Positions 7,998-16,400 of a DNA stretch of 20,000 nt are shown one piece after another. Under the pieces are notes generated by a model. The model was not told the DNA's origin. It saw only the letters and a program-made list of their open reading frames with translations, and made no database searches. The first letter of the stretch is position 1; each line of letters begins with the position of its first letter. Both the position numbers and the translations under genes were made by a program. This DNA is from an uncultured virus (IMG/VR IMGVR_UViG_3300014826_000102) (lineage: Duplodnaviria; Heunggongvirae; Uroviricota; Caudoviricetes), in IMG/VR virus record IMGVR_UViG_3300014826_000102, one strand, 5' to 3'.

Positions 7998-9224
7998 CTA
8001 CAGGTTAAGAAATTCGTTTTTCTTTAACACGTAGTCAATCACTTTACGGTTTGCGGCATCTACTTTGTCGCGGTTGTATTTGATGTAGATACCTGTTACC
8101 TTTGCCCCGTGAGTGTGGCCCAGGGCCTCACTAATCGTATCTTTGGGTATATCCAATTCGGCTGCATACGTAGCCCAGGAATAACGTGCCCAATACCAAC
8201 TTAGCTTTTTGTCTAACGGTATCATTTTAGGTTGACCGTTTTTGTGCTTTGCGTTACCGTCTGGCAGGCCAAGACGCGCCAGGGCGTTGTCTATTGTGCC
8301 CCCACAGGCTTTAACGTTAGTGCAGCGGTCAAATATACTTAGCAGATGATCTTTGCCCCTGTAGCGGCTTAGAATGGCTTGCGCTTCCGGCTCAATCCTG
8401 ATGCTATAGAGTTTGCCCGTTTTGGCACGTCTGTACTCTATACGGCCATCTATTACGTTATCGTCTGTAAGCCCCGCCAAATCTGCAAAGTTAATCCCGA
8501 TCAGGTAGAATGATAACAGGAACATATCGCGGTATTCTGTATAATGGTATCGCGTTTCCAGGTTTACCAAAGTACGCATCTTTTCTATAGGTAGTACACG
8601 CATACGGGTATCTTCTGTTTTAATCCTGTAGTGCCTGAATGGGTTATTAGTCGTTATATCACGATCCAGGGCGTAGTTAACGGCCCGTCGTACCACTTTC
8701 AGGTAAGCAGCCCTGGTATTAACTTTCAAGTCGGATAGCGACGTATAATAATCATCTATCCAGGCGGGCGTTATCTGTTCGCACGTAATCTTAGAGCAAT
8801 CGCCACAGAACGTATTAAGACGGGCTATAGCTGTTTTGGCTATGTACTTTGTGTTATCGGCCCGGCCATCCGTTGTTTTCATTATCAGATCGTACAGAGA
8901 GGGCACACCAACGGTAGGCTTTTGCAGATCAAGGTTAGTGAGCATTTCGCGTATTTGCGCCCGTGAGAGTTTGCCCCATTGCCCCGTTTCGACCAATTCC
9001 AGAATACGATTACCTGTTAGCGTCAGTAGGTTGGTAAGCACATCATTGATACGCTTTGCGTTTTTACCTATGCAGCGTTTGGTTGTAGCGTCCCAATCGT
9101 CAGGAGCCAAATAGATTTCTGTACCCAGGTAGATGTTAGTACCATGCCCTACGACGATTTGCACCGGGTACGTACCATCTTTCAAGGCCCTGCGGGTATC
9201 AAGTCTTAATGTGGATTTTGCCAT
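7998..9224 (-). CDS. Tyrosine recombinase / phage integrase (prophage 1)
   Basis: N-terminal arm-binding domain (LRLDTRRALKDGTYPVQI), a SAM-like core, GINFADL, YRRAKTG, YWARYSWAT, ALGH, and catalytic Tyr in VTGIY. Confidence 0.92.
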   Translation of the reverse strand: MAKSTLRLDTRRALKDGTYPVQIVVGHGTNIYLGTEIYLAPDDWDATTKRCIGKNAKRINDVLTNLLTLTGNRILELVETGQWGKLSRAQIREMLTNLDLQKPTVGVPSLYDLIMKTTDGRADNTKYIAKTAIARLNTFCGDCSKITCEQITPAWIDDYYTSLSDLKVNTRAAYLKVVRRAVNYALDRDITTNNPFRHYRIKTEDTRMRVLPIEKMRTLVNLETRYHYTEYRDMFLLSFYLIGINFADLAGLTDDNVIDGRIEYRRAKTGKLYSIRIEPEAQAILSRYRGKDHLLSIFDRCTNVKACGGTIDNALARLGLPDGNAKHKNGQPKMIPLDKKLSWYWARYSWATYAAELDIPKDTISEALGHTHGAKVTGIYIKYNRDKVDAANRKVIDYVLKKNEFLNL

Positions 9225-9228
9225 ATTA

Positions 9229-9278
9229 TTTGCTGATTGTTTGCTGAAAATTTGCTGAATTTAGTACCAGGTAGTACC
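9229..9278. repeat. Phased direct repeats: TTTGCTGA x3 (11-bp period) and TAGTACC x2; probable integrase arm-type/accessory sites of an att site
   Basis: TTTGCTGA at 9229, 9240 and 9251; TAGTACC at 9262 and 9272. Immediately upstream of the integrase start. Confidence 0.7.
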
Positions 9279-9440
9279 GTTAAATGCCATTTTAGGACTG
9301 AATCGGTATAACTGAAAAGGTAGTGTTTATTGGGGAAAATGCCTGTAAATACGGGGAATCAGGGATTAGGGCGCGATTTCCACTTAATAATCCCATAATT
9401 CTTTCTAATCTTTAATATACTAATGTTTGAATAATCATCT

Positions 9441-10040
9441 CTAAGTATTCTTGATGGTGATATGTCCCAAGGCACCATAGACAAACTTGGCGACCTGCGG
9501 CTTGGTGGCTTCCTCTGAGAGACCATGGGCAATACGGCCGTAGATGTAAGGCACCTCCAGACCCTTGATGCAATAATGGGTGATGTTTGCCACCAGATCG
9601 ACATTGTCTATGTCAAACTCACCGTCTTCCTTACCCTCGCGGAACACTTTGCAGAAGAGTTCTATCTCTGCTGCGTCGAAACTCTTGCGGACCTTCTCCA
9701 CCATCCATATATTACGGAAGAACTCGGCACGCAGGTTACCATTGCGCACCACCGTCTCACGAATCATGTTCAGATGGGTGTAAATCAGTTCCACAACCTT
9801 GTCCTGAGGGCGTATCTTACGCGCTGCCACCTCGTCGAGCTTGTCGGACAAACGCTCCAGCTCACCCTCGATGACCGCATAATAAATATCTTCCTTGGAT
9901 TTAAAATAGGTATAGAGGGTACGGCGTCCCTTACCTGACGCAAGGGCAATGTCATTCATCGTCGTATTCTCCATCCCGTTCTTGGCAAACAACTGACGTG
10001 CCACGTCTACCAATTTCTGCCTGGTCTTTGATATTGACAT
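9441..10040 (-). CDS. TetR/AcrR family transcriptional regulator (host)
   Basis: N-terminal HTH: ARQLFAKNGMENTTMNDIALASGKGRRTLYTYFKSKEDI. Confidence 0.95.
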   Translation of the reverse strand: MSISKTRQKLVDVARQLFAKNGMENTTMNDIALASGKGRRTLYTYFKSKEDIYYAVIEGELERLSDKLDEVAARKIRPQDKVVELIYTHLNMIRETVVRNGNLRAEFFRNIWMVEKVRKSFDAAEIELFCKVFREGKEDGEFDIDNVDLVANITHYCIKGLEVPYIYGRIAHGLSEEATKPQVAKFVYGALGHITIKNT

Positions 10041-10067
10041 CTTTTAATCCTCCCAAATTATTTCGTA

Positions 10068-10093
10068 TTGCACATATAGAATACAATGTGCAA
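10068..10093. promoter_or_regulatory. Palindromic operator TTGCACAT-N10-ATGTGCAA, probable TetR autoregulatory site
   Basis: 8-bp perfect inverted repeat overlapping the tetR -7 element and predicted start site. Confidence 0.6.
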
Positions 10094-10122
10094 AATTAGG
10101 AAATACTTTCCAAACTGCCAAA
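10091..10122 (-). promoter_or_regulatory. Bacteroidetes primary-sigma promoter for tetR
   Basis: -7 TAATTTTG (10091-10098, reverse complement) and -33 TTTG (10119-10122, reverse complement), with a 20-nt spacer. Confidence 0.7.
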
Positions 10123-10179
10123 TAATTTCAAAGAAAAGACGCAAAAAACAGCAATATCACAAAAAAAGAGCATAAATAT

Positions 10180-10210
10180 TTTGTGTTTTCAGAAAATAGT
10201 CGTACCTTTG
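10180..10210 (+). promoter_or_regulatory. Bacteroidetes promoter for tRNA-Met
   Basis: -33 TTTG (10180-10183), 19-nt spacer, -7 TACCTTTG (10203-10210). Confidence 0.75.
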
Positions 10211-10231
10211 CACCCGCTTAGAAGAAATGAT

Positions 10232-10304
10232 CGCGGAGTGGAGCAGTTGGTAGCTCGCCAGGCTCATAACCTGGAGGTCGCATGTTCGAGTCCTGCCTCC
10301 GCAA
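10232..10304 (+). tRNA. tRNA-Met (CAT), initiator-like; CCA not encoded
   Basis: Cloverleaf: acceptor GCGGAG/CTCCGC with C1:A72 mismatch, D arm GAGC/GCTC, anticodon arm CCAGG-CTCATAA-CCTGG (CAT at 10265-10267), T loop TTCGAGT. Confidence 0.93.
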
Positions 10305-10316
10305 CTAACAACCTTG

Positions 10317-10343
10317 AAGGAGCCCTGTTTATCGGGGCTTCTT
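10317..10343 (+). terminator. Hairpin / probable terminator downstream of the tRNA
   Basis: AAGGAGCCCTG-TTTAT-CGGGGCTTCTT, an 11-bp stem with two G:U pairs. Confidence 0.55.
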
Positions 10344-10441
10344 GCGTTAAGGTACCCCAGTACTCGGACAAATACGGGCATGGGACAGACAACAGTATTA
10401 ACTTTCTTGCGGGAGAGAGCCATCTTTCGCAAGAAAAAAAA

Positions 10442-11605
10442 ATGGCATATAGCTTAGAAAACACCTCGCCCGCGTGTATAATCCGGACATTCACCCTACC
10501 CCAGCTCTACAAGGGGAAGCAATGGTACGTAGGCTTCACGGCTTACGACCCGGTCACCAACAGGCTCAAGCGCAAGAAGTACATGCTTGACCGAATCAAA
10601 CTCGCTGGAGACCGTAAGCGGTATGCCACACTGCTCATCAGGCGTATCAGTGACGCACTGATGAACGGGTGGAATCCGTTTATCCATGCTGAGACCACCA
10701 GGCAGATGGTACCCATCAGGAAGGTGCTTGAGATCTACGGTGTCTACCTGGATGCCATGGAGCACCAAAAAGCGATGAAGCCCAAGACGGTGTATGACTA
10801 CAAGAGCCGTCTGGGTGCGCTGGAGACCTACCTTGACGAGTGCCAGCCGGAGGTGAAGTTCATCTACCAGTTTGACCAGGGCTTTTGCATTGACTACCTT
10901 GATTACTTGATACTAGACAAGGATGTCAGTGCCAGGACCAGGAACAACCACCGCACATGGCTCTCCACCTTCAGCAGCTGGCTTATTGACAGGAAGTTCA
11001 TTGAGAAAAACCCCGTGGAGAACATCAAGCAACTCCGGGAGGACGAGAAGAAACGAGACGCACTGACACCCGAGGCTCTCGCACACATGCGCGTATACCT
11101 ATATAAATATAACAGACCATTCCTGCTTGCATGCATGATGGAATACTACACATTTATACGACCCGACGAGTTACGGCACATCCGGTTGAGGGATATCTCC
11201 ATTGAGCGGATGGAGATAACGGTGCCGGCAAGTGTGTCAAAGAACGGCAGGGAACGCACCGTGGGGCTGAACGGCAAGCTTATCAAGCTGATGTATGAGC
11301 TGAACGTGTTCAGCCATGGTAACCACGAGTATCTTTTCAGCTGGAAGTTCCTCCCTGGCGAGGATATAACCTATCTGAACGCATTCCGGTTTGAGTGGAG
11401 GAAAATGCGCCGAGCCTTGAAGTGGCCCGACAGTTATCAGTTCTACAGCCTGAAGGACTCCGGCATCCGTGACCTCGCCAACGCTGAGGGCGTAGTGGTG
11501 GCAAGGGACCAGGCTGGACACTCAGACATCGCAGTCACCAACAAATACCTCAAGCGCGGCAAGATAGTCCCCGAATGCGTCAAGCGCTTCGACGGAAAGC
11601 TATAG
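10442..11605 (+). CDS. Tyrosine recombinase / phage integrase (prophage 2), 387 aa
   Basis: FIRPDEL (R), VSKNG (K), FYSLKDSG, QAGHSD (H), TNKY (Y). Start reassigned to ATG 10442 after the poly-A leader, because the track's start at 10181 reads through the tRNA. Confidence 0.92.
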   Translation: MAYSLENTSPACIIRTFTLPQLYKGKQWYVGFTAYDPVTNRLKRKKYMLDRIKLAGDRKRYATLLIRRISDALMNGWNPFIHAETTRQMVPIRKVLEIYGVYLDAMEHQKAMKPKTVYDYKSRLGALETYLDECQPEVKFIYQFDQGFCIDYLDYLILDKDVSARTRNNHRTWLSTFSSWLIDRKFIEKNPVENIKQLREDEKKRDALTPEALAHMRVYLYKYNRPFLLACMMEYYTFIRPDELRHIRLRDISIERMEITVPASVSKNGRERTVGLNGKLIKLMYELNVFSHGNHEYLFSWKFLPGEDITYLNAFRFEWRKMRRALKWPDSYQFYSLKDSGIRDLANAEGVVVARDQAGHSDIAVTNKYLKRGKIVPECVKRFDGKL

Positions 11606-13435
11606 CTATAGTATCTCATAGAAATAACCGGTCTTCATTCGGTCGATACCCGCATCGGTGATTTTAATTTCTATTTTCGAAGCCAGATACCGTTTATTGT
11701 GGAAGACATATATCCGTGTAGGGTCAGGTATGCCATCCACCAGAAACTTATAGCAAATCTCATTGTTGACATCAACGGTGCTCTCAATCTTGATGCTTCC
11801 CCTGTGCAGCTCTCCGATATGGTGAGAATTAGGATGCGCATCGGTTAATGCCATGGAATATGCCTTTTTCTGATATCCTGTACGATAATCCACCTCTGAG
11901 GTTGGGATACCATACGTTGCATCATTTGATTGCGGCGGGTTGTAAGCATACTCGTCAGCCCAGATGAGAAATATGACGTTGTCGTCATCCGTCTCCTCCG
12001 TATCCTTCGACTCGCTGTCCTCAATGATGTTGGATACAGACAGGTAACCTTTCTCGTCATAGTCGATATATGAATTCCCGTCAGGGTTCTCTACATTCGG
12101 AAGTGTCAGCAGATTCCGCCATGTCTGCTTGTGGAAGCTGTCTGTGGTACCGTTCGCCATGTAATAAGTGTCGTAGACTTTCTTGACCATATTGGCAGGA
12201 CACATCTTCAGTGTCACGAAAGTCTCACTATCCACGTCCCTGTACAGTGGTCCGAATGTCCCGAAACGCTTGAGGATGAACTCTCCTGTATCCTCATCGT
12301 TGTCGTCGTATTTGTGTCCGTAGAAGAAATAGCCCATGTTGCAGTGGAAAACGTGTGTGAACTTGTCTTTCTCGCTCATAGACTGGAATGCTGTGAGCAG
12401 TACGGTATAAGTCGGATACTCCAGAACCTCGAACATCTGCAGCACCTCTGCGGGAATATCGTCCATTGTCCTGTCCCCACCCCTGAGGTCATAGTTGATG
12501 TTCGACCCGCCCAGGTACTCGATGCCGTCCTCGTCGAAGTTCGTCTTGTACTCCTCAGCCACCTCGTAGGCTGCATCCAGTGACGTATCAATCTCGTTGT
12601 TCCTCCTGATGCTGACCTCTTTTTTGTTGTCATCAAAGATAAAGGAGGCGTTGAAAAGTTTCCGGAACTCGTCGAGGAACTTATTCACAGACCAATGCGG
12701 CAAGGCATAGGCGATATTCACAGTCTGCCGCGCGTTGGCGATGATGAGTTCGTTCCATGGGGCGACATCGTATTCATTCTCCTTGACGGAGTATCCCATA
12801 TACTGCAGTACACACTTAAGCACCATCATCAGGTTCGGCTGTACGGCGATGTTGTTCAGGGAAGTATACCCGTAATCATTACCCCTAATCGTCAATGCCG
12901 TGAAGTTGACGATGATGTCACTGTTAACATCATAGGTAGGCATGAACACATACCGGTATTTGTCTCCCACATAGCCCTTAGCCCTTATCTCATCCCGGAC
13001 CCACACCATCTCAGACTCAGGAATCCTGTCATACTCCAAATGGTTATGGTTGTATTTCTTGTCGACAGCCGGATAGGTATCGATGCGGTCGATGAACACC
13101 TTCAGGAAGTCCGCCCGATATCTCACATTGGTGTAGCCTCCGACAATCTGCAGCTTGACAGCCGACTCAGTGACCTCAGTTATTCTCCCAGAACCACTGA
13201 TTAACAGGATATTGTCGGCATACAGCAGACAGTCATCGAACAGTTCCATACGCTTAGAAACATCAGGGCGGTGGACACTAACGAAGCACCTGGCATTCTC
13301 CGGTATAGCCATGGGGAAACTGATATCCATGGTATAGGAGTCGCTGTTCTTTACGTAAGGATTCTCCTTTGTCAGTTTTATCTCACTCTTCAGGTCGGGG
13401 AAACAGACCTGGTTATTAACATAGCACCGTATCAT
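11606..13435 (-). CDS. Putative tail/virion protein downstream of the tape measure gene, 609 aa
   Basis: Long acidic ORF overlapping the TMP stop by 4 nt (ATGA). Function inferred from position. Confidence 0.65.
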   Translation of the reverse strand: MIRCYVNNQVCFPDLKSEIKLTKENPYVKNSDSYTMDISFPMAIPENARCFVSVHRPDVSKRMELFDDCLLYADNILLISGSGRITEVTESAVKLQIVGGYTNVRYRADFLKVFIDRIDTYPAVDKKYNHNHLEYDRIPESEMVWVRDEIRAKGYVGDKYRYVFMPTYDVNSDIIVNFTALTIRGNDYGYTSLNNIAVQPNLMMVLKCVLQYMGYSVKENEYDVAPWNELIIANARQTVNIAYALPHWSVNKFLDEFRKLFNASFIFDDNKKEVSIRRNNEIDTSLDAAYEVAEEYKTNFDEDGIEYLGGSNINYDLRGGDRTMDDIPAEVLQMFEVLEYPTYTVLLTAFQSMSEKDKFTHVFHCNMGYFFYGHKYDDNDEDTGEFILKRFGTFGPLYRDVDSETFVTLKMCPANMVKKVYDTYYMANGTTDSFHKQTWRNLLTLPNVENPDGNSYIDYDEKGYLSVSNIIEDSESKDTEETDDDNVIFLIWADEYAYNPPQSNDATYGIPTSEVDYRTGYQKKAYSMALTDAHPNSHHIGELHRGSIKIESTVDVNNEICYKFLVDGIPDPTRIYVFHNKRYLASKIEIKITDAGIDRMKTGYFYEIL

Positions 13436-16400
13436 ATATCCTTCAACTTTTCCAAATGTTTAATCTGAGCCATCAGCCCGTCGGGACCATCCAGCACCAC
13501 GTAGCAGGGTATCGGCTCTGACAGTTTCTCGCGCAGTTCCTGAGCCGCTGATGACAGTTGGTCTGCAGACTCCTGCATATCCGCATTGTCGGTAGTGACA
13601 TTCACCACTGGAGCAACCACACTTGCACCCTGTCCCAGCTGCCGTGTCACATCGGCAGCGGTTAGTGATCCGACGGTATTGTTGCGCTGGGCACGATCGA
13701 TCAGGTCGAGCATGGGAGTGATAGCCGGATTGTTCACCGCATGGTGATTGGCGACGAACTCGCCCTCATGCACCACACCTGCCTCCCGGTGATACTTGTT
13801 ACCGCCGGTATAGCCACCCTCATAATAGCCTGCCTCCTGGGCTGCAGCCTGTTTCTTGATGGCTGCCACCTGCAGCATACCGGCAGCTACGGCCATGGCT
13901 GCCGCTATAGGTGCCAGCACCTGATTGGCGGGCCAGGGAGCGCCTGCCCAGACAGAGCTATAGGCATTAAGGGCACCGATGGCTGTCTGTGCCAGCGCCT
14001 GGGCAATTTGCATCTTAACCTGTTTCCGGTTGTACTTAGTCTTGATAGCTGCTATCTCCTTCTCCTTTTTCTCCTCCAGCTTTTTCTGCCGTACCTGGTT
14101 CTTTCCGGCGGCAGCAATCTGCTTTTCGTATTTTTTCTCAACTTGTGCTGTTTCGTAGTCCGCTTGTGCGGAATACAGGTTGGAAACGGAACTCAGAATC
14201 TGGTTGACACTGTCGTATGCCACTTGCAACTGCTGAGCCATCTGCTGGCAGAACTGTGCCGTGGCTTGCGCTTTCGCCTGCAGATAAGCCTCATGGTTTT
14301 GCTGGTCATTACCATAGAGTTCTTTTAACTTCTCCATGGTTGTGGTGTACTGTTGGATAGTACCCACGAAGAATGTGTCTGCAGAGGAGCCAAGCGAGTT
14401 CCTTGCCTGATCGCCAGCCACCTTGAGCATGTCGTTTGCCGTAGCCTGGGTTTTCTCACCCGGTGTCTGGCTCTTAGAGTATTTAGCCTGAATGGCGAGT
14501 TTGGCGCGCTGGTAATCCTCCTCTGCCAACAGTTTGTTATTGTTAAGCACCTCGAGATTTGCCAGCTCGGCAGCCATACGTTCGTTGTCGCCTGCCTCCA
14601 GATAATTCATCCGGACATCACGAAGCATCTGCTGGAAGGAGCGTTGATTGTCCAGTTTATGCTGCTCGATTCTCTCATCAATCTCCCACTCTACCTGCAT
14701 GCGCTCATAGGAGCCTTTACGGTACAACGCCGCTTTCTCACGGAGGTACATGATATCCTCCTGGAAGAGTATCTCATTCTGCTCATGCTGATTCTGGTAG
14801 AGATTGCTGTTCACATCGTTGAACTCCGACTCCCAATGGGCAAGAAGGGCTTGGTGGTTGCGCTCCAGCTCATCCTCGCGCATACGCCCCAGTTCCTCAT
14901 CCCCGTTCAGCTGGAGAGCAGCAAGACGTTTCTCCAGCCGGCTATACTCCAAGGGGTATTGCTCTGAATGGGCTCTCCAGACTTCCATACGCCTCTGCAG
15001 CCCTTGTTCCTGAATGCGCTGCTGGTTGGCAAGGAACTGACGGTAATCCTGCTCACCTGCACGGTATCTCAGCATATTATCGGCAAGTTCGGCATCAGTG
15101 GCGGCCTTGCGAAGATCCTCCTGCTCCTTGAGTTGTTTTTTCAGTTCCTCCGCAGGATCCTTCTTATCGTCCTTTCCGGGACTGCCTGTTGGACCAGGCG
15201 GGACATCATCATTATTTTCCACATTTACTTGCTCGGCAGACCTAATGGCATCCTTTTTCAAATCCACGCCGTAAGTATCATATATTCCCTGCCTTTGCTT
15301 AAGGAGGTTCTCAAGCCTTTTGTTGGCATCTTGCAAATGACTCTCCGCCTGACTGGTATTCTGGTGGAGGAACATTGTCTCTGCTTGATTATAGCCAGTT
15401 GCCTTAGCCACAGAAGACTGCAGCACCTTTGTATCTTTAGCCGCCTTTTCCGCCTTGGTTATTTCCGTACGCACCTTGGCAATCTGACTGCCTAGGTCAG
15501 CCAACAGCTCCTTAGCGCCCTCCAGTTCATACTTATGAGCGAGAGATGCGAGATAATCATCAAGAGCCTTCTTGTTCTCCTTGTATTTACCAGTCTCCTC
15601 ATCCAGCTGCTCTATATATCCGGGAACTATGGACTTGATGGCATTGATGGACCGTTTACGCTCGTCAAGGCTCAGTCTCTCATCCTTGGAGGCGGAGATC
15701 AGCAATTCCAGCTCACCACGTTCCTCCTCCATTTTCACCTTCGCGTTCTCACGCACTTTATTCAGTCCGTCCAGAGCTTTGCTAGCCTTATTTGCACTTG
15801 CGACATGATCTATCAGCAAGCCTATTACTGCAGAGGCGACAGCGGCAACCGCAGCATAAGGATTCGCCCTAAGAACACCCCACAATTTACTAAAAGCCGT
15901 AGCGACTTTCTCATTCCATATTACCTCCGCTTTTGAGATCAGCACGTCTGCCTCTTTTTTCAGGACGAGCAGACCAATGGCGGTGGACAGTAGTATGATA
16001 GTAGAACGGTATTTGGCTACGAATTTAATAGACTCATTCAACACTTTGACAAAGGCTGAAGCCAATGACATAGTGTGTTCTGCCATAGGTAAAAGCCGTT
16101 CGCCAAGTTCTACACTCAGGTCATGGAATTGCTTGCGACGCTTATCCAAGCGCGCCTGCACCGTATTGTTCTGGACATTGAACTCATTGAGAATAGAAGT
16201 AGCCTTCTGATACTCGACATTCGCCAGTTTCTGACGTTCCTGCACATCATCGACACGATTAGCGAGGACAGTCAGCACAGAGACGGCACGCTGCCCGGAC
16301 AGGTTCATGTCATTCAGCAAGGGAGCCAGCTCAGCGAATCCGCCCTTCTCCTTCATCGCCTTGAGGAAGGTGATGACAGCCTGGTTGGCATCGGTACGCA

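Larger units (their letters stand above)
1..9360. mobile_element. Right end of prophage 1 (tail genes, degenerate DGR, lysis cassette, integrase); left boundary outside window
   Basis: Co-oriented, tightly packed virion-type genes, then a lysis cassette and a convergent tyrosine integrase. Host-like TetR follows. Right boundary is approximate (9280-9400). Confidence 0.85.

Noticed and set aside
9229..9278. Short repeats as a CRISPR array
   Set aside because: Repeats are 7-8 bp with 3-bp gaps, there are no spacers, and no cas genes.
9359..9938. Alternative ORFs overlapping tetR
   Set aside because: TetR has a clear HTH domain; the others are frame or antisense shadows.
10181..10441. N-terminal extension of the 474-aa ORF in the track
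   Set aside because: It runs through the tRNA promoter, tRNA-Met and its hairpin. ATG 10442 after a poly-A leader gives a normal-sized integrase.
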